The notes beneath the pieces are model-generated. The model saw only the letters and a list, made by a program, of their open reading frames with translations, ran no database searches and was not told the origin of the DNA. The position numbers were made by a program, and so were the translations under genes. Source: Candidatus Eiseniibacteriota bacterium (GTDB lineage Bacteria; Orphanbacterota; Orphanbacteria; Orphanbacterales; Orphanbacteraceae). Taken from it: a stretch of DNA of 64,000 nucleotides. Each line of letters starts with the position of its first letter. Within the stretch, counting starts at the first letter, position 1. Location: positions 5,251-69,250 of the forward strand of contig VGIW01000003.1 in assembly GCA_016867715.1 (NCBI GenBank), read 5' to 3'. This document shows, piece after piece, positions 18,113-32,198 of this stretch.

Positions 18113-18967
18113 GTGGACCAGAAGCAACTCGCCGTCGTCGGCGGCGGAACGATGGGCGCGGGGATCGCCCAGGTGTTCGCCCAGTCCGGATATCGCGTCG
18201 ATCTCGTCGATCTGAACGAGGAGATCCTGAAGCGCTCGATCGGACGGATCGAGAAGAGCGTCCGCAAGCTCGCGGAGAAGGGAGTGCTCGACCCATCCAA
18301 GGTAGACCCGGTTCTCTCGAGCGTCCGCCCTGTTCCGTCGATCGGTAAGATGGCGCCTCCTGCTCTCGTCGTCGAAGCGGTGCCGGAACACTTTGAACTA
18401 AAAAAGAAGATCTTTCAAGAGCTCGACGCCGCGGCGCCGAAGGAAGCGATCCTCGCCTCGAACACCTCCTCGATCTCGATCACCGAGATCGCGGCGGCGA
18501 CGAAGCGTCCGGAGAAGGTGATCGGGATGCATTTCATGAACCCGGTCCCCCTCATGAAGCTCGTCGAGGTGATCCGCGGGATCGCCACCGCGGACGATAC
18601 GTACGAACGGGTCGAGGCGCTCACGAAGGAGCTCGGGAAGACGCCGGTCGAGGTGCAGGACTACCCGGGGTTCGTGTCGAACCGGATCCTGATGCCGATG
18701 ATCAACGAGGCGATCTACGCCCTCATGGAAGGGGTGGCCTCCGCCGAGGACATCGACACGGTGATGAAGCTCGGCATGAACCATCCGATGGGACCGCTCA
18801 CGCTCGCCGATTTCATCGGTCTCGACGTGTGTCTCGACATCATGGAGGTCCTCTACGGCGGGTTCTCCGATCCGAAGTACCGCCCTTGTCCCCTTCTCAA
18901 GAAGATGGTGCGGGCGGGCTATCTCGGGCGGAAGAGCGGCCGCGGGTTCTTCGAATACGGATCGTAG
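18113..18967 (+). CDS. hbd: 3-hydroxyacyl-CoA / 3-hydroxybutyryl-CoA dehydrogenase
   Basis: VVGGGTMGAGIAQV Rossmann fold and GFVSNRILMPMINEA. Confidence 0.9.
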   Translation: MDQKQLAVVGGGTMGAGIAQVFAQSGYRVDLVDLNEEILKRSIGRIEKSVRKLAEKGVLDPSKVDPVLSSVRPVPSIGKMAPPALVVEAVPEHFELKKKIFQELDAAAPKEAILASNTSSISITEIAAATKRPEKVIGMHFMNPVPLMKLVEVIRGIATADDTYERVEALTKELGKTPVEVQDYPGFVSNRILMPMINEAIYALMEGVASAEDIDTVMKLGMNHPMGPLTLADFIGLDVCLDIMEVLYGGFSDPKYRPCPLLKKMVRAGYLGRKSGRGFFEYGS

Positions 18968-18991
18968 TCCCCATACCTCGGAGGTGCGTGG

Positions 18992-20134
18992 ATGCATTTC
19001 GATCTGAACGACGAGCAGGCCTTGATCCGGAAGACCGTTCGTGAGTTCGCGGAGAAGACGCTCGGACCGACCGCGGGCGAGCGCGACCACCACGAGAAGC
19101 CGGCGATCGAGGAGGCGAAGGCGTTCGCCGATCTCGGCTTCCTCGGCATGACGATTCCGGAGGAGTACGGCGGAGCCTTGCTCGACGATATCTCGGAGGC
19201 GATCGTCATCGAGGAGCTCTCGCGGGTCGACGCCTCCTTCGGGGTTCTCGTGAGCGTGCACACGAGCCTCTCTGCGACGGTCGTCGTGACCCACGGAACG
19301 GACGCGCAGAAGAAGAAATACTTGCCGAGGCTCGCGACCGGCGAGATCCTCGCGGCGTACTCCCTCTCCGAGGCGGGAGCGGGATCGGATCCGACCGCTC
19401 TCTCCTGCGCCGCCGCGAAGAAGGGGGACAAGTACGTCCTCAACGGCGAGAAGATGTGGGTGACGAACGGGTCGATCGCGGACCTTTACATCCTCATGGC
19501 GAAGACCGACCCGTCCGCGCCGGGCGCGAAGGGGGTCTCCGCGTTTCTCATCGAGAAGGGCTTTCCCGGTTTCTCCGTCGGGAAGAAGGAGGAGAAGCTC
19601 GGCATCCGGTCGAGCGACACGGTGAGCCTCATCCTTCAGAACTGCGAGGTCCCCGCGGAAAACCTCCTCTGGGAGGAGGGGAAGGGGATGCGGATCGCGT
19701 TCGAGGCTCTCGACAAGAGCCGGATCGGCATCGCCGCGCAGGCGGTCGGGATCGCGCAGGGCGCCTTCGACGCCGCGCTCGCCTACTCGAAGCAAAGGGA
19801 GCAGTTCGGCCGGCCGATCATTCAACATCAAACCATCGGCAACTACCTCGCCGACATGGCGACCCGCATCGAGGCGGCCCGCCTTCTCACGTACAAGGCG
19901 GCCTACTTGAAGGAAAAGAAGGCGAAGCACACGATGGAGTCGGCCCAAGCGAAGCTGTTCGCGGGCGACATCGCGGTCTGGGTGGCGGATCGGGCCGTGC
20001 AGATCCTCGGCGGGTACGGCTACACGCGCGAGTTCCCGGTGGAGCGGTTCTACCGGGACGCGAAGATCACCCAGATCTACGAGGGGACCAACGAGATCCA
20101 GAGGCTCGTCATCGCGCGGGCGCTCGTCTCGTAG
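18992..20134 (+). CDS. Acyl-CoA dehydrogenase (short-chain/butyryl type)
   Basis: YSLSEAGAGSDP, QILGGYGYTREFPVERFYRDAKITQIYEGTNEIQ. Confidence 0.9.
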   Translation: MHFDLNDEQALIRKTVREFAEKTLGPTAGERDHHEKPAIEEAKAFADLGFLGMTIPEEYGGALLDDISEAIVIEELSRVDASFGVLVSVHTSLSATVVVTHGTDAQKKKYLPRLATGEILAAYSLSEAGAGSDPTALSCAAAKKGDKYVLNGEKMWVTNGSIADLYILMAKTDPSAPGAKGVSAFLIEKGFPGFSVGKKEEKLGIRSSDTVSLILQNCEVPAENLLWEEGKGMRIAFEALDKSRIGIAAQAVGIAQGAFDAALAYSKQREQFGRPIIQHQTIGNYLADMATRIEAARLLTYKAAYLKEKKAKHTMESAQAKLFAGDIAVWVADRAVQILGGYGYTREFPVERFYRDAKITQIYEGTNEIQRLVIARALVS

Positions 20135-20161
20135 ATCCGGAGGGAGGTCGGGGGCGTCGGC

Positions 20162-22985
<2,824 letters not shown>

Positions 22986-22996
<11 letters not shown>

Positions 22997-24110
22997 AGCG
23001 GGAGAGGCGAGGAGGACCGCTCTCTACGATCGCCACGTGCGCGAGGGAGCGAAGATGGTTCCGTTCGCCGGATGGGAAATGCCGATTCAATACACGTCGA
23101 TCCTCGAGGAACACGCCGCGGTGCGGGAGCGGGCGGGTCTTTTCGACGTCTCCCACATGGGGGAGATCGTGCTCACCGGGCCCCGCAGGGAGGAGGAGGC
23201 GGACCGTCTGACGACGGCGCGCATCTCCGACCGGGAGCCGGGAGAAGTTCAGTACGCGGTCCTTCCGAATGACCGGGGCGGGATCGTGGACGACATCCTC
23301 GTCTACAAGCTCGAGGATGAGGTTCTCCTCGTCGTGAACGCGTCGAACCGCGAGAAGGATCTTCGATGGATCCTCGAGCGGTGCGGAGGCCGGGCGACGG
23401 TGACCGACCGGAGCCTCGAGACGAGCCAAGTCGCCGTGCAGGGGAAGCGTGCGCGGGCGATCTTCGCGCAGGTCGCGGAGCCGGATCTTCTCCGTCTTTC
23501 CTACTACCACGCGGCGCGGGGGAAGGTGGCGGGGGTTCCGGCGATCGTCTCGCGCACCGGATACACCGGCGAGTACGGATACGAAGTCTACGTTCCGTGG
23601 GCGGAGGGGCCGCGCGTCTGGGACGCGCTCCTCGATGCGGGGCGGAGCGAGGGGATCGCGCCCGTCGGTCTCGGCGCGCGCGACTCTCTTCGTCTCGAGA
23701 TGCGGTATTGTCTCTACGGAAACGACATCGACGAGACGACGAACCCCTTCGAGGCGGGAATCGGCTGGGTCGTGCGAAAGAAAGAGACCGATTTCGTCGG
23801 GAAGGAAGCGCTCGCCGCCGCCCGAAAGAGCGGAGCGCGAAGGAAGCTCGCGGCGTTTCGCCTCGGGCCGCGCGACATCCCGAGACCGGGATACGAGATC
23901 CTTCACAAGGGAAGGAAGGTGGGGGTCGTGACGAGCGGCGGATTCTCGCCGACCCTCCGCGCGGGGATCGCTCTCGGATATCTGGAGGACGCGGCGGACG
24001 AGGAGGAGGGATTCGCCGTTCGCATTCGGGATCGCGAAGCGCCAGCGCGTCGCCAGAAAGGCGCGTTCGTCGCCTCGTCGGTCAAAGAGGAAGGGGAGGA
24101 AGAATCGTGA
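22986..24110 (+). CDS. gcvT: Glycine cleavage system T protein (aminomethyltransferase)
   Basis: [26 protein letters not shown]. The in-frame GTG at 22986 overlaps the uvrA 3' end by 11 nt. The ORF-track start at 22836 lies inside uvrA. Confidence 0.85.
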
Positions 24111-24496
24111 ACGTTCCGGAAGACCTCAAATACACCAGGGAGCACGAGTGGGTTCTCGTTGAGGGGAAGATCGCGACGGTCGGCATTACCGACTACGCGC
24201 AATCCGAGCTGGGCGACATCGTCTATCTCGAGTTTCCCGCGGTCGGGGACCGCGTGCGGTTGAGCGAGTCCGCCGGCACGATCGAAGCGGTGAAGACGGT
24301 CGCCGACCTCTTCGCTCCCCTTTCCGGCGAGGTGCTCGAGGTGAACGAAACGCTCCCCGAGGAGCCGGAGCGGGTGAACCGGGACCCGTACGGGGAAGGT
24401 TGGATGTTCAAGTTGTCGATCGAGGATCCGTCGGAGCTCGAGGAGCTTCTCGGCGCCGCGGACTACAAGAGGCTGGTCGAGGAATCGAGACGTTAG
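24107..24496 (+). CDS. gcvH: Glycine cleavage system H protein
   Basis: YTREHEWV...GITDYAQSELGDIVYLE...ESAGTIEAVKTV carries the lipoyl-lysine motif. The GTG overlaps the gcvT stop. Confidence 0.85.
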   Translation: MNVPEDLKYTREHEWVLVEGKIATVGITDYAQSELGDIVYLEFPAVGDRVRLSESAGTIEAVKTVADLFAPLSGEVLEVNETLPEEPERVNRDPYGEGWMFKLSIEDPSELEELLGAADYKRLVEESRR

Positions 24497-24527
24497 CCCG
24501 GATCATGCACACGTTTCGGGGGGTTCG

Positions 24528-25910
24528 ATGAGCTACATACCGCACAACGTGGAAGACCGCGAGAAGATGCTCCGGTCGATCGGCGTCTCGAGCGTGGAAG
24601 ATCTCCTCCGCGAGATCCCCCGGTCTCTCCGTTTCGAGGGAACGCTTCCTCTCCCGCCGCCGCTCTCCCAGATGGAGACGGAAAGGGAGCTCGCAGGAAT
24701 CGCCGCCGAGAACGGCGCGGCGCTCGCCTGCGACTCCTTCCTCGGCGGGGGCGTCTACGATCACTACGTTCCCGCTCTCGTCGGGGCGACGGCCGCGCGT
24801 CCCGAGTTCTACAGCGCCTACACGCCGTATCAGGCCGAGGTGAGCCAGGGGACTCTTCAGGTCATCTTCGAGTTCCAATCGCTCATCTCGCGCCTCACAG
24901 GGATGCCGCTCGTGAACGCGTCCCTCTACGACGGGGCGACCGCATTGGTCGAGGCGATCTGGATGGCGTCCGGAGAGCGCTCTGGGCGCAGCGAAATCCT
25001 GATCGCGCGCGCTCTCCGCCCGAGCTACCGGGGGGTCCTCTGCTCGCACCTCGCGGTCTCCGGGCTTCGGCTTCGCGAGTTCCCGTTCGGGAAGGAGGGG
25101 ACGACCGATCTTTCCCGTCTCAAGCAAATGGTCTCGAGCGAAACCGCGGCGGTCGTCGTGGAGAGCCCGAACGTGTTCGGGCTTCTCGAGGAGACCGAGG
25201 AGGCGGGTCGGATCGCCCACGAGGCGGGCGCCCTCTTCATCCAGGTGTTCGACCCGGTGAGCCTCGCGATCGTTCGGACGCCGGCGGAGGCGGGGGCGGA
25301 CATCGCGGTCGGCGAGGGGCAGAGCCTCGGCTCGCCGCCGAACTTCGGCGGGCCGCTCCTCGGGCTCTTCGCGGCGCGCGCGGAGTTTCTCCGGCGGATG
25401 CCGGGGAGGCTCTCCGGGATGACCGAGGACGCGAAGGGCGCCCGCGCGTTCACCCTCACGCTCCAGACGCGCGAGCAACACATCCGCCGGGAGAAGGCGA
25501 CCTCGAACATCTGCACGAACCAGGGGCTCGTCGCTCTCGCCGCCGCGGTTCACCTCTCGTCGCTCGGACCCGTGGGGCTCCGGCGCGCCGCGCTCCTCAG
25601 CCAGGAGCGGGCTCTCGAGCTCAGGAAGCTTCTTCGCGAGTCGGGGGCCGCGTTCCCCTTCGACGGTCCCTTCTTCCGCGAGTTCGTCGTCCGCTTCCCC
25701 GAGGAGTCGCTGGAGCGCGGTCTCGTCCGGCACCTTCTCGACCATCGCGTCATCCCGGGGATCCCGCTCGAAAAGGCGTATCCGGAAATGAGAGGATGCC
25801 TGCTCGTCGCGGTCACCGAGAAGAGGAGCCGGGAGTCGATCCGGCGCTACGCGGATCTCGTACGCGACTTCGCCGATGCAAGGGGGAAAGGAGCGCCGCC
25901 CGATGCTTGA
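24528..25910 (+). CDS. gcvPA: Glycine dehydrogenase (decarboxylating) subunit 1
   Basis: MSYIPHNVEDREKML... is the P-protein N-terminal half. 460 aa. Confidence 0.9.
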   Translation: MSYIPHNVEDREKMLRSIGVSSVEDLLREIPRSLRFEGTLPLPPPLSQMETERELAGIAAENGAALACDSFLGGGVYDHYVPALVGATAARPEFYSAYTPYQAEVSQGTLQVIFEFQSLISRLTGMPLVNASLYDGATALVEAIWMASGERSGRSEILIARALRPSYRGVLCSHLAVSGLRLREFPFGKEGTTDLSRLKQMVSSETAAVVVESPNVFGLLEETEEAGRIAHEAGALFIQVFDPVSLAIVRTPAEAGADIAVGEGQSLGSPPNFGGPLLGLFAARAEFLRRMPGRLSGMTEDAKGARAFTLTLQTREQHIRREKATSNICTNQGLVALAAAVHLSSLGPVGLRRAALLSQERALELRKLLRESGAAFPFDGPFFREFVVRFPEESLERGLVRHLLDHRVIPGIPLEKAYPEMRGCLLVAVTEKRSRESIRRYADLVRDFADARGKGAPPDA

Positions 25911-27384
25911 TCCGGTGATCTTCGAACTGCATAAGACCGGGCGCGCGGCGGAGCACTTGCCGGCTCCGGAGACTCCGGAGGAGGAGATCCTCGCGTCGAT
26001 CCCGGAACGGATGAGACGCCGTCTTCCGCTCCGGCTCGCCGAGGTGCCGGAGCTCGAGCTCGCGCGCCACTACGAGCGGCTCGCGCGGCGAAACCACCAC
26101 GTCGAGAAGGACTTCTATCCTCTCGGCTCCTGCACGATGAAGTACAACCCGAAGGTGCACGAAAGGATCGCCTCGCTTCCGGAGTTCGCCGCGCTCCACC
26201 CGATGCTCCCCGAGACGCTCGCGCAAGGGGCGATCCGCCTTCTCGGCTCGATGGAGGAGGCGCTCGCAGCGGTCACCGGCATGGATGCCTTCACGCTTCA
26301 GCCGGCCGCCGGCGCGCACGGGGAGTTCACCGGTCTTTCGCTCGTCGAGGCGTACTTCCGGAAGAAGGGCGAGGACCGCCGCAAGGTGATCCTCCCCGAT
26401 TCCGCGCACGGAACGAACCCGGCCTCGGTCCGGCGTCTCAGCCTCGAGCCGGTCGAGGTGCGGAGCGACGAACGGGGCGAGGTGTCGATCGACGCGCTCG
26501 CGGCTCTCGTGGACGAAGGGACCGCCGCCCTCATGCTCACGCTTCCGAACACGCTCGGGCTCTTCGAGTCGCATCTTCCGCGCATTGTGGAGATCGTGCA
26601 CGGAGCGGGGGCGCAGTTGTATCTCGACGGGGCGAACCTGAACGCGCTCCTCGGCATCGTGCGCCCCGGAGACATCGGCTTCGACGTCATGCACGCGAAC
26701 GTGCACAAGACGTTCTCCACGCCGCACGGGGGGGGCGGCCCGGGAGCCGGGCCGGTCGGCGTGAAGGAGCACCTCCGCCCGTTCCTCCCGACCCCACGGC
26801 CGGTTCGCGAGGGGGATCGCTGGACGTGGAAGCACGACTTCCCCGACTCGATCGGTCCGGTCCACTCGTACTACGGGAACTTCGCGGTGCTCGTCCGCGC
26901 GTACGCGTATATCCGCCATCTCGGCGCCCCCGGTCTTCGCGAGGTGACCGAGCACGCGATTTTGGGCGCGAACTACCTTCGATCGCTTGTCGAGAAGTCG
27001 TATCCGGTCCCTTACCGGCGCGCCGCGATGCACGAGTTCGTCGCCTCCGCGGCCCGCTTCTTTCAAGCAGCGAACATTCGCGCGATGGACATCGGAAAGC
27101 GGCTTCTCGATTTCGGGTTCTACGCGCCGACGATCTCCTTCCCGCTCATCGTGAAGGAAGCGCTCATGATCGAGCCGACCGAGACGGAGAGCCGCGAGAC
27201 GATCGAGCGGTTCGCCGAGGCGATGCTCGCGATCGCGAAGGAGATCGAGGAGGATCCGGAGCGCGTCCGCGGCGCCCCGTACCATACCCCGGTCCGCCGC
27301 GTGAACGAGAGCCTCGCCTCGCGGCGTCCGCAGCTCGTCTGGGAGGATGGGGCCGATGGGGAAGGAGCCCCTTCTCGAGGTTGA
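25903..27384 (+). CDS. gcvPB: Glycine dehydrogenase (decarboxylating) subunit 2
   Basis: [10 protein letters not shown]...[18 protein letters not shown] carries the PLP-lysine motif. The ATG at 25903 overlaps the gcvPA end. Confidence 0.9.
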   Translation: MLDPVIFELHKTGRAAEHLPAPETPEEEILASIPERMRRRLPLRLAEVPELELARHYERLARRNHHVEKDFYPLGSCTMKYNPKVHERIASLPEFAALHPMLPETLAQGAIRLLGSMEEALAAVTGMDAFTLQPAAGAHGEFTGLSLVEAYFRKKGEDRRKVILPDSAHGTNPASVRRLSLEPVEVRSDERGEVSIDALAALVDEGTAALMLTLPNTLGLFESHLPRIVEIVHGAGAQLYLDGANLNALLGIVRPGDIGFDVMHANVHKTFSTPHGGGGPGAGPVGVKEHLRPFLPTPRPVREGDRWTWKHDFPDSIGPVHSYYGNFAVLVRAYAYIRHLGAPGLREVTEHAILGANYLRSLVEKSYPVPYRRAAMHEFVASAARFFQAANIRAMDIGKRLLDFGFYAPTISFPLIVKEALMIEPTETESRETIERFAEAMLAIAKEIEEDPERVRGAPYHTPVRRVNESLASRRPQLVWEDGADGEGAPSRG

Positions 27385-28324
27385 GGACCTCCGCGTCTTC
27401 TTCGCGACCGACGGGGAGATCGCGCGCGTGGTCGACGCGGTCTCCCTCTCCGTTCGGAAGGGTGAGGTCCTCGGCCTGGTCGGGGAGTCCGGCTGCGGGA
27501 AGAGCGTCACCGCCCTGTCGATTCTCCGCCTGATCCCCGAACCCCCGGGGAGGATTGCCGGGGGATGCATCCGTTTCCTCGGGCGCGATCTCCTCCGGCT
27601 CTCCGAGTCGGAGATGCGGAGGATCCGAGGGAACGCGATCGCGATGGTCTTCCAAGAGCCGACGGCCTCCCTGAACCCGGTGCTCACGTGCGGATTCCAG
27701 GTCGAGGAGGCGTTCCGGCTCCACCGGCGTCTTCGTGGATCCGCCGCGCGCGAGGCGGCGGTCGAGGCGCTTCGCCTCGTCGGCATTCCGGACCCGGAGG
27801 CGCGTGCGGGCGACTACCCCCACCGGCTTTCCGGAGGCATGAGGCAGAGGGTGCTCCTGGCGATCGCGCTCGCGTGCCGTCCGGCGCTCCTCATCGCGGA
27901 CGAGCCGACCACGGCGCTCGATGTCACGATCCAGGCCCAGATCCTGCGCGTTCTTTTAGACCTAAAAGAACAGCTCGGCATGTCGGTCCTCCTCATCACG
28001 CACGACCTCGGGGTCGTTGCGGAGGCGGCCGACCGCGTCGCGGTCATGTACGCGGGGGAGATCGTCGAGGAGGGGGACGCCGCCTCGGTTCTCGAGAGCC
28101 CGCGCCATCCGTACACGCAGGCTCTCCTCCGCGCCGCGCCCCGCGCGGACGGCGCGGCCGAGGCGCTCCGCCCGATCGAGGGGAGTGTCCCGGACCCGCG
28201 CGATCACCCGTCCGGGTGCCGCTTTCACCCGCGGTGCCCGATCGCCGAAAGCGGATGCCGCGAGGCGCATCCTCGCCTCGTGGGCTCGGTTCGCTGCTTT
28301 CTCGCAGAGGGAGGGGGATCGTGA
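27347..28324 (+). CDS. Opp/Dpp-type ABC transporter ATP-binding protein (OppD/DppD-like)
   Basis: Walker [18 protein letters not shown], a C-terminal RHPYTQALL and a Cys-rich HPRCP tail. Confidence 0.85.
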   Translation: MGPMGKEPLLEVEDLRVFFATDGEIARVVDAVSLSVRKGEVLGLVGESGCGKSVTALSILRLIPEPPGRIAGGCIRFLGRDLLRLSESEMRRIRGNAIAMVFQEPTASLNPVLTCGFQVEEAFRLHRRLRGSAAREAAVEALRLVGIPDPEARAGDYPHRLSGGMRQRVLLAIALACRPALLIADEPTTALDVTIQAQILRVLLDLKEQLGMSVLLITHDLGVVAEAADRVAVMYAGEIVEEGDAASVLESPRHPYTQALLRAAPRADGAAEALRPIEGSVPDPRDHPSGCRFHPRCPIAESGCREAHPRLVGSVRCFLAEGGGS

Positions 28325-29358
28325 CGGCCGGATCGGTTCTCCTTTCGGTTCGCGGGCTCCGCAAGGAGTACACGCTTCGCGGCGGGCTTCTCGGCCGAAG
28401 GGGAGGTATCGTCCGAGCGGTCGGCGGGGTCTCGTTCGGTGTCGAAGAAGGGAGCACGCTCGGCCTCGTCGGCGAGAGCGGGGCGGGAAAGAGCACGATC
28501 GGCCGCACGCTTCTTCGGTTGGAGGAGCCGACGGAAGGGGAGATCCTGTTTCGAGGGCGCGATCTTTCCCGGCTCTCGGTCCGCGAGCTCCGGCCGCTCC
28601 GCCGCGAGATGCAGATCGTCTTTCAGGATCCGTTCGGCTCGCTGAACCCGCGGGTTCCGGTGGGGCGTGCGATCCGCGAGGTGCTGGAGGTGCATCGGAT
28701 CGCGAAGGGGAAGAGCGCGAGCGACCAGGCCCGAGGTCTCCTCGAGCTTGTGGGGCTCCAACGCGGGGATGGAGATCGCTACCCGCATGAGTTCAGCGCA
28801 GGCCAGCGCCAGAGGATCTGCATCGCGCGCGCCCTCTCCGTCTCCCCGAGGTTCATCGTGGCGGACGAGCCGGTCTCGGCGCTCGACATGTCCAATCAAG
28901 CGCAGATCGTGAACCTCCTCCTCGGCCTGCAGCAGAAGCTCGGGATCTCGTATCTTCTTATAACGCACAATCTTGCGGTCGTTCGACAGATCGCCGGTCG
29001 CCTCGCCGTCCTCTACCTCGGGAAGATCGTCGAGGAGGGGCCGACGCCCGATCTGTTCCTGGGTCCGCTCCATCCTTACACCGGGGCGCTTCTCGCGGCC
29101 TCTCCCTCGAGAAACCCGCGCGAGCGCGGGCGGTCGCTCCTCCTCTCGGGGGAGATCCCCTCTCCCATGCGTATCCCGGCCGGTTGCCCCTTCCATCCGC
29201 GCTGCCCGCACGCGGGGGAGAGGTGCCGCGCCGAGGTTCCCCGCGAGATCTCCCCCGGGCTCTCCCGGCGGGTGTCGTGCCACCTTCACGATGGCGGAAC
29301 CGGACCTCCGCTCGCGATTGGGAAAAGCCCGGCGCCCCGCGGACCGATCGCGAGCTAG
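28321..29358 (+). CDS. Opp/Dpp-type ABC transporter ATP-binding protein (OppF/DppF-like)
   Basis: [25 protein letters not shown] and a CPFHPRCP tail. The GTG overlaps the previous stop. Confidence 0.85.
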   Translation: MTAGSVLLSVRGLRKEYTLRGGLLGRRGGIVRAVGGVSFGVEEGSTLGLVGESGAGKSTIGRTLLRLEEPTEGEILFRGRDLSRLSVRELRPLRREMQIVFQDPFGSLNPRVPVGRAIREVLEVHRIAKGKSASDQARGLLELVGLQRGDGDRYPHEFSAGQRQRICIARALSVSPRFIVADEPVSALDMSNQAQIVNLLLGLQQKLGISYLLITHNLAVVRQIAGRLAVLYLGKIVEEGPTPDLFLGPLHPYTGALLAASPSRNPRERGRSLLLSGEIPSPMRIPAGCPFHPRCPHAGERCRAEVPREISPGLSRRVSCHLHDGGTGPPLAIGKSPAPRGPIAS

Positions 29359-29384
29359 CATCAAGATTCGTCGGAGGTTAGGGC

Positions 29385-29413
29385 TTGACACCGGGAGGGG
29401 CCTTGGGTACATT
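29385..29413 (+). promoter_or_regulatory. Candidate sigma-70 promoter TTGACA-N17-TACATT upstream of the TonB-dependent receptor gene
   Basis: TTGACA at 29385-29390 and TACATT at 29408-29413. AAGGAGAGAGG sits before the ATG at 29478. Confidence 0.45.
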
Positions 29414-29477
29414 GGCTTCGGCGTTTATGCAGGTCGTTGAACGGTGTCCGGCGTCGCCGCATATAAGGAGAGAGGTC

Positions 29478-32186
29478 ATGGCTTCGCAGAGGAATTCCGG
29501 TCCTCGCGCATCCGTCCTTCTCGCGCTCGCCTTGCTCTTCGTTCTTGGGACGGCCTTCGCACAGGACGGTCAAACGGGAACGCTGTCGGGCCAAGTCCGC
29601 GAAGCGGAAACAGGCAAGCCGATCGCTTGGGCGGATGTGCTCATTCAGGGAACGACCATCGGAGGCATCAGCCAGCAGAACGGGACGTTCACGATCTACA
29701 AGATTCCGGCGGGAACGTACACGGTGACCGTTCAGATGATGGGCTACACGCCTCGGAAGTTCGAGGGGGTCGCGGTCGTCCCGGGCCAGGTGACGAACCT
29801 GATCGCCGAGCTCTCCGAGACCGCCGTGCAGATGGAGACGATCCGCATCGGTGCGGACGAGAAGATGGACGTCACCGAGCAGACGAGGACAGAGTACAAG
29901 ATCGACAAGGAAGAGTTCAAGATTCGCGCTATCAACACGGTGACCGACGCCCTCGCGAAGCAGCCCGGCGTGACGATCGACGGCCAAGGGCGCCTTCACG
30001 TGCGCGGCGGCCGCGCGGACGAGGTGAAGTACTTCGTCGATGGGATGCCCGTGACCGACCCGTTCGTGGGCCAGAACACGCTCGATGTCTCGTTTGCGTC
30101 TCTCGAGAACATCCAACTCCTCTCGGGCGGTTTCGATGCCGAGTTCGGCAACGCTCAGTCAGGGATCGTGAACATCCAGACCGCGGAGGGGGGCAGGAAG
30201 TTCTCGGGGCTCGTGAAGTACATGACGGACGACTACGGGGCGCCGGACAAGACTTACTGGAACGCGGACGACATCGCCTTCGCGGTAGGAGGACCGCTCG
30301 TCTCCAAGGACCTGCGATTCCACCTGTCGGCGGAAGCGAACTTCAGCGACACATATATCAAACCTCGAAAGGAATACACGAAGCGGGAGGTCTACGGGAT
30401 CACGCTTCAGGATCGCATCTACAACCAGTACCGAGGCCAGGGGAAGCTGACTTACTACTTCTCGCCGGAGATGAAGCTGTCCACGGAAGCGCTCTACACG
30501 CGCTCCTTGCAGGATCAGTACCATCACCCGTACAGCCGAGTCGGGTGGTGGTCGGCCGAGGCGAAGCGCTGGTGGTATGAACCTCTCGACACGACCTACG
30601 TCTTCTATTCCGGCCCGGAGCACCTGCCCCGCTTCATCACCGAGGACAGCCAGGCGAAGGCGTCGTGGACCCATACCCTCTCTCCCGAGACGTTTTATAC
30701 GCTCAAGGTCAGCCGCTTCACGACCAGCTATCTGGAGCGGGTGGGGCACAAGGAGCCCCGGGAGTACATTCCGACGTACAGGAGCGACGAGTACGTCGAT
30801 CCGGCGAACCGCTACTTCGTCGTGCAGGGGGACTACCCGCACTACCAAGACTATCGGACGAGGCGCTACACGGTGCGATCCGACCTCACGAGCCAGGTGA
30901 CGGAGCGGCACCGGATGAAGACCGGCCTCGAGCTCGATTACTACGATCTTTCCATGTTCGAGGCGACCTATCCCGACTCGAACCGCCCCGAGGGACCGTG
31001 GCCGGACCGCTACAACGTCTTCTCCTGGGGGGGCGCGGCGTACATCCAGGACAAGCTCCAGTACGAGGGGATGGTCCTGAGCGCGGGTCTGCGGCTCGAC
31101 TTCTTCGATCCGGGGGCGCGTGCCGCGCGGATCGGGAACGAGTTCCTTGCCTCGACGTTCCAGACGCCGCAGGACATCTCGCTCTGGTCCCGCCTCAAGA
31201 AGCAGGTGAGCCCTCGTCTCGGCATGGCCTATCCGATCTCCGACCGGGACGTGCTCCACTTCCACTACGGCCGGTTCTACCAGCTCCCCGTCTTCGAGCG
31301 GATGTACAAGGGGATCGGTCAGCAGATCGAGCAGGACGGGGGCACCTACGGGAATATCTTCCTCGATCCGGAGAAGAATATCAGCTACGAGCTCGGCGTC
31401 GACCATCAGCTGACGAAGACCTTGAACCTCGACATGACCGTCTTCTTCAAGGACATCTTCGGTTGGATCGATACGGACGAGATCGTGAACGGGAGCCTCG
31501 CGAGCTTCGGCAACTCCGCCCCGATCGGATACGTGAACCAGGCCTACGGGACGGTGAAAGGTTTGGAGTTCAAGCTGAACCGAAGGCTCGCGAACAAGTT
31601 CGGGGGGAGCATCGTCTACACGCTGGCCCGGGCGACCGGGACTTTCTCGGACGACAACTCGCAAGCCCTCGTGGGGACCGGCGTGCTCAATCGGAAGCCG
31701 CTCACGGAGAACCCGCTCAACTGGGACCGGACGCACGCGGTCGTGGGGAACCTCATTCTCACCGACCCGGGCGTCTGGGAGTTCTCGATGGACTACATGT
31801 ACGAAACCGGCTCTCCGTTCACCCCGCGGCGGTACCAGCAGAGGAGCATCGACGCGGAGGACATGAACTCGGCACGCCTCCCTGACGAGTCCCGGCTCGA
31901 CGTGCGGGCAAACAAGCTCTACAGCATCTACGGTCAGGAGTTCCGCCTCTTTGTGGAGGCGAACAACGTGCTGAACCGCGAGAACATCCGGGATCTCAGT
32001 CCCGGCGAGTGGCCGAGCAATAGCGGGCTCTACACGGTCTACTACACCGAGACGGGACAGCTCGGCGGAGCGTACAACCTGAACGACGTGAACGCGTCCG
32101 CCGGGAACCAGTACGTCTCCCTGGGCGACCCGCGCGTGCTCGATCCGATGCGGCGGGTGAAGGTCGGGATCATGTTCGACTGGTAG
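29478..32186 (+). CDS. TonB-dependent outer-membrane receptor with an N-terminal carboxypeptidase-regulatory-like domain
   Basis: Signal peptide MASQRNSGPRASVLLALALLFVLGTAFAQ, a CarbopepD_reg-like segment GTLSGQVRE...TYTVTV, a plug TVTDALAKQPGV, and a long barrel ending in ...GIMFDW with an aromatic C-terminus. Confidence 0.8.
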   Translation: MASQRNSGPRASVLLALALLFVLGTAFAQDGQTGTLSGQVREAETGKPIAWADVLIQGTTIGGISQQNGTFTIYKIPAGTYTVTVQMMGYTPRKFEGVAVVPGQVTNLIAELSETAVQMETIRIGADEKMDVTEQTRTEYKIDKEEFKIRAINTVTDALAKQPGVTIDGQGRLHVRGGRADEVKYFVDGMPVTDPFVGQNTLDVSFASLENIQLLSGGFDAEFGNAQSGIVNIQTAEGGRKFSGLVKYMTDDYGAPDKTYWNADDIAFAVGGPLVSKDLRFHLSAEANFSDTYIKPRKEYTKREVYGITLQDRIYNQYRGQGKLTYYFSPEMKLSTEALYTRSLQDQYHHPYSRVGWWSAEAKRWWYEPLDTTYVFYSGPEHLPRFITEDSQAKASWTHTLSPETFYTLKVSRFTTSYLERVGHKEPREYIPTYRSDEYVDPANRYFVVQGDYPHYQDYRTRRYTVRSDLTSQVTERHRMKTGLELDYYDLSMFEATYPDSNRPEGPWPDRYNVFSWGGAAYIQDKLQYEGMVLSAGLRLDFFDPGARAARIGNEFLASTFQTPQDISLWSRLKKQVSPRLGMAYPISDRDVLHFHYGRFYQLPVFERMYKGIGQQIEQDGGTYGNIFLDPEKNISYELGVDHQLTKTLNLDMTVFFKDIFGWIDTDEIVNGSLASFGNSAPIGYVNQAYGTVKGLEFKLNRRLANKFGGSIVYTLARATGTFSDDNSQALVGTGVLNRKPLTENPLNWDRTHAVVGNLILTDPGVWEFSMDYMYETGSPFTPRRYQQRSIDAEDMNSARLPDESRLDVRANKLYSIYGQEFRLFVEANNVLNRENIRDLSPGEWPSNSGLYTVYYTETGQLGGAYNLNDVNASAGNQYVSLGDPRVLDPMRRVKVGIMFDW

Positions 32187-32198
32187 TCGTCCCATCGC

